This document shows positions 35,272-47,200 of a stretch of DNA of 64,000 bases, piece after piece. Within the stretch, counting starts at the first letter, position 1. The number at the start of each line of letters is the position of its first letter. This DNA is from Amoebophrya sp. A120. Its lineage: Eukaryota; Protista; Dinoflagellata. The position numbers were made by a program, and so were the translations under genes. The stretch covers positions 1,633,216 to 1,697,215 of the forward strand of contig CAJINV010000011.1 in NCBI GenBank assembly GCA_905178155.1, in the 5' to 3' direction. The notes below the pieces were generated by a model that worked only from the letters and a program-made list of their open reading frames with translations, did not search any database and had not been told where the DNA came from.

Positions 35272-36435
35272 CATACAGAAGGGTGAATTTGCAGTGAATT
35301 TGTATTGCGTGGCATGATGCATGAAGTAAGGGGCATATGAAGAACACGAGGAGGACGCCAGGCAGTCAGCGTTCCGTGTAGTTGAAAGGTTAGCACTTGC
35401 CTGGTGCCATTTGGATGGTGACGCTCACTGTCAGAGCCTAAAGTAGAGACGCACGTCTTTGCTGCCTGGTGCGTTGCCAAGAAGCAAAGGCGGCCTGTGC
35501 TGGCGGTCTCACAATATAACACTGCCTGTGCGGAGTCCATAGTGGGTCGAGAGGGAGGGGGCCGAAGCCTCAACAGGAGAGGGGCACTGGGTCAACATCT
35601 AAGTGGGTAGCTCTCACGGGTTGTGGCTGGCTCGGCTTGGATGTCTGGAGACATGTTGCAATGGATGCTAGCATCGCCTGCGTTGCTCTGTAGCTCGTAT
35701 CTTCCCAGCTGTGTTCCTGCCTCATCTTGTTCGGGTCCTCTAGTTTTCTTCGACGTGATCCCCAGGTCAGAAATTCTCCTGGTGAATTTTGAGGCTTTTT
35801 CTTTTTGTTAAACTTTTCTGGAGCTCCAAAACCTGCAGTTTCTCATGCGCTAGCGAATTTTGAACAGGGACCGCAGGCCAAAATTCACTCACGCCCTTTT
35901 CCAAATTCACCCCAAAATTCACCTGGCGCCCCTTTTCGACCGTGATAAGCAAACTGCAGCGCAGGAAAGTGCTCAAAAAAGTCCGCAGATAGGCCCTGGG
36001 AAGTGGGGCCGATGGGAAAAGACAAGCGCCCTCTGTTGCCTTCAGCGCGTCTATATTCTGCCAAAAAGGCCTGGAGAGTTCACGCGCCTGCCGGATAGAC
36101 GCGTCAAAGCTCTCGGCCTGGTCCTTTCGCCCTTGCTTTCGCGCCTTCGTCTTGCCTAATTGCATGCGCTCCGCGGCCCTTGTTTTTGACGTCTTTGCCG
36201 CCGCTGTTGCAGTGCTCTTATGCGAGCACAGGAACAAGGCGCAAGGACATGGCCAAAGAACGACGCCCAGGCCATGTCCAGTTGCCCACTGCATAGCCGG
36301 CGAGTTCTGCGGTGTGCAGAACGCTCTTCCCAGAAGGGCAAGAGGGACAATGTCCCGGCGGACGCATCTGCAATTTGTCATGCAAAATTCACTAGAGATT
36401 CGCCACGCCTCACGCTAACGCGTGTTAAAGCTCTA
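35251..36435. mobile_element. 1.2-kb degenerate TIR element flanked by a 70-76 nt duplication of coding sequence
   Basis: Left end TATGTCTTCAACGGGCGTTAGC..GGTGAATTTGCAGTGAATTT versus right end AAATTCACTAGAGATTCGCC..GCTAACGCGTGTTAAAGCTCTA; flanks 35175-35250 and 36436-36505 are near-identical. Confidence 0.65.
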
Positions 36436-36436
36436 G

Positions 36437-39400
36437 CGACGACCCTTCCGCTTACCGCAAGTTGTACAACAGCCAGAAGCGGGAGGTGAACAACCGAGCA
36501 GTAGCACCACTGGCGCGCCGGCAAAGGCCTTTCGACTCCCAGAACTGCCCATGGAAGCAGCTGCAGATGTAGTAGGTGCACCAGTTGTACCCTCTTCGAG
36601 CGACGAACATGCACAAGCAGCAGGACCAGAGCAGGACGCACAAGGGCAAAGAGATGTTGAATTACAGGAGAGCGCCTCTGACCTACTCGACCAAGAGGGC
36701 AATGGGCAACATTTGGATGATCGCAGTCCAACTGCGTCATCTTCGGGCGACGACGGCGAAATGAGCAATCCCTACGGAATAAAGGAGGAACAACTGCCTG
36801 ACGATAGTGGCAGTAGGAGAAAGTCGTCCATGTTGCAAGACAAGGAACGAAGACCCTCACAAGAACAGGAGCCAGCGGTGCCGGCAGGCCAAAACAACAA
36901 CTCAAGCCTGGACCACTTCAACGGTACAGCACCTTTCGACGTCTTCGCTGCAGCTGAAAATAATGTCGATCCTTTCCAGACACAACAGCTGTTCCTCCCG
37001 AACAGCCAGGGCGGGGTTCATCTTTCGCAGGCTGTTCTCAACGCCAGGTCCTCGCAAGACGCAGTCGCAAATGGACTCCACGTAGCCAAAAACGCAGCAG
37101 CCTCGCAAGCCAACATCATCCCTGGAGGAAGTGGCGCAGCACAAGCAGCAGCAGCCACGACACAGTCGCAGTTTGACCCGTATTCCACACAAGTGTTCGT
37201 CGATGACAACTTTTCCCAGATGTACGACCTCGCACCTCCTGGAGTTCTTAATTCGTTAAACGATTCTGCTGTAGTTCCACCGCCCGCCTCCGCAGACCCG
37301 TTCGCAGCGGGAGGTCAATCCACACTTCTGCATCACTCTGCCGACAATTTCGGGTCGTTGTCGCCGTTGCCCGGGACCACGACGAGCCAACCCGGAGCGG
37401 GAGCTGCAGCAGCAACAAAGGATGAAGTTGATCAACCCGCAGGAGCAGGAGGTACTACTGCCACTGGACCGCAGCACCAGAACCTCCCAACTTACAACGG
37501 CCCCACCCTCGACAGTTCCCAGTTTGACCCGAGTTATCTGCAAACGCAGATGCTGTTCCTGGGCAACGACGACCCCTATTACGGTCTGGATCCCCACGCG
37601 CAAAGCACACAAATAGCGGTCACAGCGGCGCTGAATGAGACGGAGCCAGAGGAGAAGATTCACCCGGTGGATTTGGACAATATGGACCTGGAACAGCTCG
37701 GGCCGTGGAGTCGACGGATCCGGGACCGGTTTGGACGGTTCTACTGCTTTCAGGAAGACGAAGAACAGGCTGTGGACGCTGAGGATCTTCTGTTCGGTGC
37801 AAATAACCCCTCGTCATCCTCTTCAAATAAGCCGACGGTGGTTGTCCAACGGTACACGAAGCGACGGCGTCCGGCGTTTGAGTTGAAAGCGTTAGCGTTG
37901 CCCAAAGCTGCAACCGCGTCAGAAGAAAATCTGCACGAGAACAGTCTGTTGCACAACATGTCATCATCTGCAAGAAGAAGATCGGACGACGATGTCAACC
38001 TTACAGTGGAAGACCGTCCGATGGTGTCCCAAGAGCAGATGACTTCGAACTCCTTCTTCGCGAGACAGTGGAACGGCAAGATGAAACAGATCGTCGGAAA
38101 ATACGCCAAAGACCTGTCGAAGGAGCTCGCTGGTGCGTCAGATACAGGACCTGTGGTTGGAGGAAAAAAAGATAAAAACGGTAGTTCCACCGTTGACGGT
38201 GTTGGAAACAACAGCAATACTATGTCCTTAGCCGACCGTCTGCGGCACAGTCACGCGAAGCACTATTTGCCCTATTTTTCCTTCACCCGCCCGGCCGAGC
38301 AGGAGTTTTTGAACACGATGAAGCGGGACAAAGAACTCTTGGAACGGATCGGCGCGACCTTCGTTTTAGACAGTAATGAAGAGTTGAAATTGATGGCGAA
38401 CATGACAAAGAAGATGAACACAGCAGGACAAAGCACAGGAATAAATGCAGGGTCTGCAGCTCTATTTGGCGGTAGTACAACCTCAACCTCCAACACCACT
38501 CAATCCCTGCAACTGCTCCAGCAACCACAAATCACGCACTTAGTCCTGCCGGATGAGTATAATCCAGAAACTTCGCTGAAACCGGAAGAGGATGTGAAAT
38601 TCTTGGCGTATTTGATGCAAATATCTTTACTCCCAGGAATCGTCTCCTTGAAGTATTTGAAACAAGCCGTGGAGCAGAAATTTTGGCCGGCACCGGACAC
38701 TTTGCTGTTTCCGTTACCAGTGGAAGCGAGAAGGGCGATCGCGGATGCGCGCGATGACTGCAACTTCCTCGGGCGACGGTTTTCGTCGGTGTATTGCTTC
38801 CCCTCGATCCCGCAGTCGAAGCGGTTTTCTTTGTTAATCCAGGCGGCCGGAAGCAAGTACCGGGCAACCCGACCGAAGATTGTGTTTCCCAGCAATAAAG
38901 CGGGGGGAGGAGCGCCGAACAGTGGGGTTGGAGGAGGGGGAGCTATTTTGCCCGAACCCCTATTGGACGTCGAAGACGGGCTGGAAAGAACTGTCGTGGG
39001 AACAAAAATAGGCTCGGCAGTTGTGTCGGCCACGACGGCCACGACCTTGTTATCCAGTAACAAACGGCCTGCACCTTCCGGCTCCGCGACGTCAAAATTG
39101 TTGCAGAAAAACAAGCCACCCACACTGGAGGACGACCCCATCGAAGAGGTGTTCACCGAGTTAGAGGACGAGAACAACCAGGACGAGCAACAACTTGTAC
39201 CAGTGAGCCAGGGAGGTCGCGCAGCAACTGGGACGAAGAGGCGGCGATTACTCGGGGCCGGGTCCTCTGGAGGTGGTCTCAACAACATTTCTGGCGCCAC
39301 TCCTTTTTCGGCGCAAAACAGTAAAAAGCAGGCGAAGAATGCTGATACCCAAAAGAGCCTGTTCTGTGGGACTCAGCCCGGGGACGAAATGTTGCCGATT

Positions 39401-39856
39401 GTTTCCAAAGAGAACGGTGCCGAGGAGCAAGAGGATTTGATGGAAAACAACACCAAGAAGAACGCCGCGACGAAGATGGGGAAGAAAATGGTAGCCGCGG
39501 TGCCGATCAAAACAACAAACACGACCAATCTGCCGGATAGCGGCGCGAACATTCACGACGTGCTGTGGATCGGCACAAAGGACGACTACAAGGTCTTCGT
39601 CGAAGCCTACGAGAAGCAATTTAACGTGAAAATGAACACCTCTGGGATGGTGAACAGCAAGAGAAATAACCGAAACAGTTTGGGAACAGGAGGAGACCTG
39701 AACGGTAAAAACAAGCAAGATACCATCGACGCGGACCGGCTACCACCGATTTGTGATGTGAAGTTGCTCTACGACATGGCGTTCGCTTCGAAAGGGAGTC
39801 TGGCGGAGCTTATTGAAGCGCACCGCTTCTCGGTCGCCGATCTGATTCGGGCGTGA
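36437..39856 (+). CDS. BRCT-domain protein with TQ-cluster, MDC1/PTIP-like
   Basis: LERIGATFV...ITHLVL...KFLAYL...IVSLKYLKQAVEQKFWP resembles the first BRCT of MDC1/PTIP; frame is open from 36437, first ATG at 36551. Confidence 0.65.
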   Translation, partial: RRPFRLPQVVQQPEAGGEQPSSSTTGAPAKAFRLPELPMEAAADVVGAPVVPSSSDEHAQAAGPEQDAQGQRDVELQESASDLLDQEGNGQHLDDRSPTASSSGDDGEMSNPYGIKEEQLPDDSGSRRKSSMLQDKERRPSQEQEPAVPAGQNNNSSLDHFNGTAPFDVFAAAENNVDPFQTQQLFLPNSQGGVHLSQAVLNARSSQDAVANGLHVAKNAAASQANIIPGGSGAAQAAAATTQSQFDPYSTQVFVDDNFSQMYDLAPPGVLNSLNDSAVVPPPASADPFAAGGQSTLLHHSADNFGSLSPLPGTTTSQPGAGAAAATKDEVDQPAGAGGTTATGPQHQNLPTYNGPTLDSSQFDPSYLQTQMLFLGNDDPYYGLDPHAQSTQIAVTAALNETEPEEKIHPVDLDNMDLEQLGPWSRRIRDRFGRFYCFQEDEEQAVDAEDLLFGANNPSSSSSNKPTVVVQRYTKRRRPAFELKALALPKAATASEENLHENSLLHNMSSSARRRSDDDVNLTVEDRPMVSQEQMTSNSFFARQWNGKMKQIVGKYAKDLSKELAGASDTGPVVGGKKDKNGSSTVDGVGNNSNTMSLADRLRHSHAKHYLPYFSFTRPAEQEFLNTMKRDKELLERIGATFVLDSNEELKLMANMTKKMNTAGQSTGINAGSAALFGGSTTSTSNTTQSLQLLQQPQITHLVLPDEYNPETSLKPEEDVKFLAYLMQISLLPGIVSLKYLKQAVEQKFWPAPDTLLFPLPVEARRAIADARDDCNFLGRRFSSVYCFPSIPQSKRFSLLIQAAGSKYRATRPKIVFPSNKAGGGAPNSGVGGGGAILPEPLLDVEDGLERTVVGTKIGSAVVSATTATTLLSSNKRPAPSGSATSKLLQKNKPPTLEDDPIEEVFTELEDENNQDEQQLVPVSQGGRAATGTKRRRLLGAGSSGGGLNNISGATPFSAQNSKKQAKNADTQKSLFCGTQPGDEMLPIVSKENGAEEQEDLMENNTKKNAATKMGKKMVAAVPIKTTNTTNLPDSGANIHDVLWIGTKDDYKVFVEAYEKQFNVKMNTSGMVNSKRNNRNSLGTGGDLNGKNKQDTIDADRLPPICDVKLLYDMAFASKGSLAELIEAHRFSVADLIRA

Positions 39857-41285
39857 GCGATGGTGCTCCTGACTGACATTCGCTTTTGCATCGAAGAATG
39901 CAGCACAAGGAAGGACGAACTGATGCTTCAAGTAGCTTTGATGAAACAAAATGAAATATGAAAAGGATTACTACCAGTTGGAGCGGCGTGCATAGAACAA
40001 ATTCACGTCATCTACTTCGGCATTCGCATTACCACAGAATAATATAGACAACGGATCTATTTCGAGTTTCGACAGAGGAGTGCTTTTGTTACCCGATTCT
40101 GCGCACGTCCCAAAGTAGCCGAACAAAATACACGAATATGAAGTTGTGCAGCCGCTTTTTGATATCGATACACGCAGATAAAAATGAAAATGGCTCAGCT
40201 CCTGACCTTTTGGTCTTGAGAAGTCCAGGAGAAAACCATGTTTGGTATTTCCGGTGTGAAGAAGATTCGCTGTAGATGTACTTGTTCGCAGTTATACCCG
40301 TTCGAGACTGCTACTGCAGCTTGACGTGACAAAGTTGGGTTTCTTCCTGTCTCGTCTGCGACCAGGTTCCATTTGCAACTGCTTCTGGCTAGGAACAAGC
40401 AGATGCAGACGCAGCTGAAGCATGAACTACGTCCTGCCATCTTACAAGTACAACACCTCATCAGGAAACAAACTCTTCCCTGTAGCAGCGACCACCTGGT
40501 CTTGTCTGCTGCTGCTGCTGCTGCTGCTTAGTTCCAAACGAGCGAGAGAGAGTGACAAACTGGTTTGAGTCGTATCATCTATTTCTATTTTCACTTGTAC
40601 GCAAACGCATTACCAGATTTAGATTGTCCCAACGCACACACACGACGTCTGGGGCGCCTCTTGGCCTTTCAGAATTGCATTCAGTGTCACGATCTCTGTG
40701 TGTTGCTGACGTGCGATTGGATGAACATTAAAGAACAAAACATCCTCTTCGTTTGTTCTGTACCTTCTTGGGTTATGCTCATGTCCATTACCATGTTGAT
40801 GTCTGCCATATTAGCCCACCACGTTACACCCTGTTCTTTATCGCCACCTCCGCCGAGGACAACTTGGATTGTTTGTTTGTCTTCGGCTGCTCTATGTATT
40901 TCCAACTACCTGCTCCGCGAGGAAGATTACTGCATTTGAATGCTGCGCTCGTTGTTCCATTTTCATGATCATCCCAGAATCATATTGTGCTTGCTGCACC
41001 GTACATGGCCAAACGTGATGACGCGCGCAATCTTCATCGCTACTGCTGTCTGATAAGCAGAATAAAGTACCGTTTCTCGTCACCAGCCAAAGCCGAAACG
41101 CGTCTTGCTTTGCCGCTCCTGAAACTACGAACCAGCCTGGTTTCTACCTCGTTCACCGCCGGCCCTGATTCTGGAATATTCACAGTCGACGAAAATATAC
41201 CGGCGACTAACTACCTCGAGTCGCACAAAGCGAAACCAGTTCAATAAACGCACCACCGAGCGATCCCGCAGACAGCAAATTCAAT

Positions 41286-44200
41286 ATGGAAGACGAGGTC
41301 GAGTTTCTGTCTGGGTCCACCATCTGGGTTGCGGATGCGGACCTGGTTTGGGCGCCTGCCGTGGTGCTCAAACCCCACCGGCCCGGGGATCACTTCTTGC
41401 ATGTAAGCACAGCGCTACTGGAATTATTCCTAGATGATTTGATGGACGCGTCTCGTCTAATATCACCCTTGATACAGAAGTACTACATGTTGTCACTCTA
41501 TTCATCCGCAATTATGCAACAAGAATTTTTAAGGAATGCAGCATTTTCTTCACATGTCCTTTATTCTTAGGTGCAGCTCGCCAACACGGGCCAATATCAG
41601 CAGCACAGCCCTTACCAGAAGTCCTCCGCTCCATCGAGCACGTCCAGATTGGTCGACCTGCGCAAAGAGGAGGTTTTTCTGCGGAATGAGCAAAGTCACG
41701 AGGTGCACACCAGTGCCAGCTCTTCTTCGAGTACAGTGGTACAGCCGCCGCACCAATCGAGCCCGGCACCGCACCACAGCCCAGCCGCGGCTGCTGGACC
41801 AGCGGGTAGTATTGTAAAGGAAAAAATGCTCGTACCCACGTACAGCGCAAAGCGGAGCGGGCTGGGCATCAAAGTTCGGGGGCAAAAACGCACTATCACC
41901 GACATTCGTGTCGCCGCCGCAGCGCTGTCCCCGAGCGTGTCGTCGCCGTCGACTGGAGCTTCGCCACCAGCCTCGGGAGGAACTGGTACTGAGACTAGTG
42001 TGTGGCTCCACGACTTTCAACATCTTTTACTACATGCAAGCATATGAGATCTGGTTACAGTGGGTGCTGTGTGCTTGCAGATCTTGATCTTGTTGGCTAC
42101 AGATTGCTGTAATAAACATCAACTTTTGATGCCGATAAGATCTTCATGTAGGTCTCTGTCCTTCGCCCACGCCCGGAAAGAGCAAGATCCACAAGTTGAG
42201 CACCTACCACGGAACGCCCTCTCCGCCCCCACTTCTCCAGAACAACAGCATCTCAGGCAAACTGAACACGCGCGCAACGCCCAACAGCATCACGAGAAAG
42301 TCTCCAACCATGATGAAGACCCCGCAAAGACGCTCGGTGACTGGCGGTGGGAGCTCAGGGTCCTCTTCGCGGGTGCTATCGTCGTCCGGGACAACTGGTA
42401 TCTCATCTGCCGCCGCTGCTGCTGCCGCCCGGAATAAGGAAAACACGCCGACAAGATCCCCTGGCCTGAACAATGCGAACGCGATAGTACCACCACCTCC
42501 ACCCTCTTCGCTGCAGAAACACCACAAAACCTCGCCCTCCTGGGCCGCAGCTGCGGCAGCAACGCGGAAACGAAATCAAGAGCTGTACGGTGGTAATCAT
42601 GTGTTGAAACAGACAAACGGAAACGCGCCAGTCTCCAAGGGAGGTGCGGGTTCTCTTACTGAGCCGCACGACGCCGCATCGCCAATAGCGCACCAGCAGC
42701 ACTCTGTAGTGTTGACTACAACCAAAAGCGGCAGTACGCCGAATAGTAGAACAAGCAGACGCAAAAATCCAAAGCAGGAGTGGGACGACGACTTGTGTCA
42801 TTTGATTTGCCTCCACGAGCCAGCCATTCTCCACTCTCTGCAAGAAAGATTTTACCGCGACACGATTTACACCGCAACGGGGCCGATTTTGATCGCCGTG
42901 AATCCGTTCAAGGTAGTACTAGTGCGCTTTCGCTTTAGTTCTAGCAACCGAGGTCAGACACGACCAAGTTTGCAATGAATGTTCCCCACGCGTTTGTTCT
43001 TTTCCTTCTGATGTAAGCATGAAGTGGTCTTTTGTTTTTCTATAAATGCAAAACAAAAATCAGACGCTGCACGGACTTTACGAGCTCTCTTCCTGGGAAG
43101 ACCATGGCAGAAGGCCGCACGTGTTCACCACTGCCAACGTGGCCTACGAGCAGCTCTGTCAAACGGAAAAGTCGCAGACGATCTTGATCTCTGGCGAGTC
43201 CGGCGCGGGCAAGACTGAATCAACGAAATTTGTGATGCGGTTCCTCGCCGAGAAAGGCCACCACGTGCAGCAAGATGGGAAAAAAGACAACACGCCATCA
43301 TCTACAACTCTCTGCAAGAAGATGAATGAGAACGACGTGGAGCGAGCAGTCCTGCAGTCGAACCCGTTGCTGGAGGCTTTTGGGAACGCGAAAACGTTGA
43401 GGAACCACAACAGCTCGCGGTTTGGGAAGTTTATCGAACTGCAATTTGAAGATGTCGATGTTTCAGTCGCTGAGGAAGCAGGTGGTGGTGTTCCTCCCAC
43501 GAAGAAAGGGGCTCAAAAAACGCTCGTCGGCGCCCGCATTCAAACCTATCTCCTCGAGAAGATCCGTGTGACGGATCAGCAGGACGGCGAGCGCAGCTTT
43601 CACATCTTCTACCAACTTCGCGCCGCTGCGGCTGCTGCAGCGAAAACGATTGCAGTAGAGACGGCTAAGAACGGGCGAAATGACATCGAGTCTGAAATAG
43701 CTATAGCCGCGGAAAATCAAGAAAAGGACGTGGCCTTGTTCACCAGCATAATTGAGCAAACTGATGCGGACCCGAGCCAAGAACCAAAATCCAAATCGGC
43801 CTCAACGGTAGAAGAACCTTCAGGTACCTGCTCCGGTCTTGCGGGTGGTCGTGAACCAAACGATAAACAACCAGAGGATGCGCATCCTGACCCCGAGTCG
43901 TGCACAACTTCCGCGGCAGAAGCGACTGCTAGGACGTCAACGAGTGATGAAGTTGAAAAAGCGGCGCCAGAACTTCCAGCGGCAACAGCGGCGAGTACGG
44001 GCGGCACAGAAGCGGCGAATGCACAAGACCAAGACGCCCAAATAACAGCAATCGTTACAAACCCAAGTTCTCCCTCGCATACCATGGTCGTAAACGGTGT
44101 GCAGGTCGGTACCAGCGCGGCCACATCGTCGACTGCGCCATTTGTTTTGCCAAATTGTCACCAGGACAACAAGGAATCGACTCAACAAACGCAGACTGCA

Positions 44201-47200
44201 CCGGCCTGCGGTGCTAGTTCCAACAACTCCAACACACCGTCCTGGCTCGATCTCAGTTTGTTTTGTCCGGCCGCGTATGGCTTTGGCAGAACAGCTCCGT
44301 CCGGCAGCTCTGAGAGTGCAGCGGGATCGGGACCTGCTGCGATAACCACTTCCACCACGTCGACATCTTCCCCCCCTTCTTCCGACGCAGAAGGGTTTGC
44401 GGAGACCGTTGCCGCAATGGCCGCCGTTGGAATGGACGACAGTGCTAGGAACAAAACGATGTTTGAAATTCTCGCCGCCGTCATGCACCTGTCCCGCCTG
44501 GAATTTGAGGTGATATCGAAGCCGGGGGGAGGGGTAAATACTGTTTCAGGTGGTGGTGCTACTGCGTCTTCATCTTCTCCGCCGGAAAAGGCTGGAAAGC
44601 CCCGGAGATCCTCCACTTCCTCCACGTCGCGTCCAGGATCAGGAAGCAAAGCGGCTCTTGCAGGAGCGGAAGCAAGTGTAGATGTCGAAAACAACTCCCA
44701 GCACACGACCTCCGATCAACAACCAACGGCCCGGTCTTCGCAACACGAGATCGACTTGGTTCGAATCAAAGAACAATGCCAGCCGGAATTGCAGCTCATC
44801 CAGAAGCTGCTCGGTGTGGATAACCTCGAGGAGGTGTTGTGTCACAAATCCATCGAGTGCCGAGGGGAGTTGGTGAAGAGCCACTTGAGACTCGCCCAGG
44901 TTCGCGACAACCGGGACGCGATTGCGAGGCACTTGTACGGGCTAATTTTCAATGATCTGGTGTCGCAGGCGAATCGCAAATGCGCTGCGGTGGGGGCGGG
45001 GAGTGGAGATTTTCGAAATGGTGACGACATCAACTTTTCGTCCGCCAGGAGCAGCGTACAAGCGAAGCAGCGAGAGTTATTGCAGCACGACAGCAGCAGC
45101 CTGCGTCACAACTACAACAACAGCAGTACTTCTGGCGGAGGTAGGAACAAGCACTATCCTTTCTGCGGCGTGCTTGACATTTTTGGGTTCGAGTGTTTCC
45201 GGAGAAACAGCTTCGAGCAGCTATGGATGTGTCAGGATTGAAATCGACAAAGTTGAAATAACTTGTCATGCATGAAATGGATGAAAGTTGTAACCCAGTT
45301 TCCAAGTGGCGCATGACAAATTTGGGTAGAGCCGAAATCCAGTTTGTCATGCTGTTTGGGTAAGGCAGACGCCTTTTGTCATGCTACTTCAGCAGCTCAG
45401 TTTCTACCCCTCAACAGGCTTACAATCTGCCTCCCTTTCCTACTCAGCAAGACACGCACTTTGTGGCTTGCATTTTATGCATCACAAACTATTTCAACTT
45501 TGACGATTTCAATCCTGACACTCCCATAGCAGCTTTGTATCAATTATGCGAACGAGCGGCTTCAGGTATCCTGTGCAAAAGTATCGTACTCGTATAAATG
45601 CACTACAAATTTTCTCAGCAATTTGTAATGCGCATTTACCTAACGAAAAAGATTTGTAATGCATGACTGCAATTACTACGAGCGCGATACCTTTGCAGTT
45701 CATATCAGCAGTTTTTCAACAACTTCGTTTTTTTACTCGAAGAAACGCTCTACCGAAAGGAAAACGTGGTCTGGCATCCGCTGAACTTCCCGGATAACAG
45801 TCTCTCGGTCGAACTGTTGCAGGAGAAGCACACCGGGATCTTGTCCGTCCTCGACGAAGAATGCATCATCGTGGCCGGCACCGACCAGGCGTTCGTGAAC
45901 AAACTCGTGAAGCTGCACAACATATCAAAAGGAAAAATCCCCCCTCCCCATATCGAAAACGACATTTGTGATGCTGTATTTGAGTACACAAGTCGACTTG
46001 TAATGCCAGAAAGCCAAGAGCCGCAGTTGTGGCCTCGTTTGTAGGCAATTTGTCATGCTGTTTCCCACTTCCAGTTGCTCTCTGTCATGCTGAAGGCGCA
46101 AGGCTTTCCCACGCCAGCCAGCACTACACTCGGCACGTCTTTCGTTCTAGCATGACAGAGCTGATTTGTGACCACAAATCTGCATCACAATTTTCCGTTT
46201 TGATATGGGGAGGGGGGATTTTCCTTCTTGATACAACAACAAAAACGAGAAATTCGAAGCGGTGAAACTCGACCGAGCGGCCTTCCAGGTGAAGCACTTT
46301 GCGGGCAGTGTGAAATACCACTCGGACAAATTTCTGGACAAGAACAAAGATCAATTATCCGCCGATGTCCTGGCCAGCATGAAAACGAGCAAAAACGACT
46401 ACTTATCCCAGCTGTTCAAAGCCGATCCGAAATACCAAGAGCACATCCCCGGGCGGAAGCGGAAAACGAGGACGATCGGGGCGGAGTTTCAGAGCCAGCT
46501 GCAGCAACTGTTAGAAAAAATTGAGACCACCGATCCACACTTCATTCGGTGTATCAAAAGCAACCCGGGCAACAGGCCCGGCTTGTTTGACCGAAAATTG
46601 GTAACGGAGCAACTGCGGTACAGCGGGGTCATTCAAGTCGTGCAGATCTCTCGGAGCGGTTACCCGGTAAGGATTTTACATCGCGACTTGTGGGCGGACT
46701 ACCGGTGCGTGGTGCCCTTTCTCCAGAGAAATCCGGAGCTGTTGGCGGCGCCGGGAGTGGTCGCGAAGAGGAGTTGTACTAGCAACGGGGCGACTGTTAT
46801 GAACTGCAAAAGCATCGTACTAGTATGAATTGCATTACAAATTTCCTCAGCGTGAGAAATGGGATATGTAATGCTGATTGACCTTAGGAAAAAGTAACGC
46901 ATGTACAGCAATTACTACGAGTGCGATACTTTTGCACAGAATAACTGTTCACCAAGGGCAGTTGCTGCGGAAGATGACAACGAGACTGCTTGAGTAAACT
47001 GTTCTTGATCGTAGTTGTCGTGTCTTGGTCCATAGTCAATTTTTCAAGTCTAATCAGCACTACCATCTACGAGCGTGCAGCCAAAGCCCTTCTAACTTCA
47101 AAATCAAAATTTGGTTGCTTGTTCACATGCAAACTGTACAACTCTCCACATTTCAGGCTGATGAGCGCTTCCTGCAAGATTCCTTTCAAGGATCCGCTCC

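Noticed and set aside
35767-36381. 204 aa minus-strand ORF as transposase of the 1.2-kb element
   Set aside because: No DDE, tyrosine-recombinase or HUH motif recognisable
40507-40528. (CTG)n microsatellite
   Set aside because: Short, ordinary simple repeat
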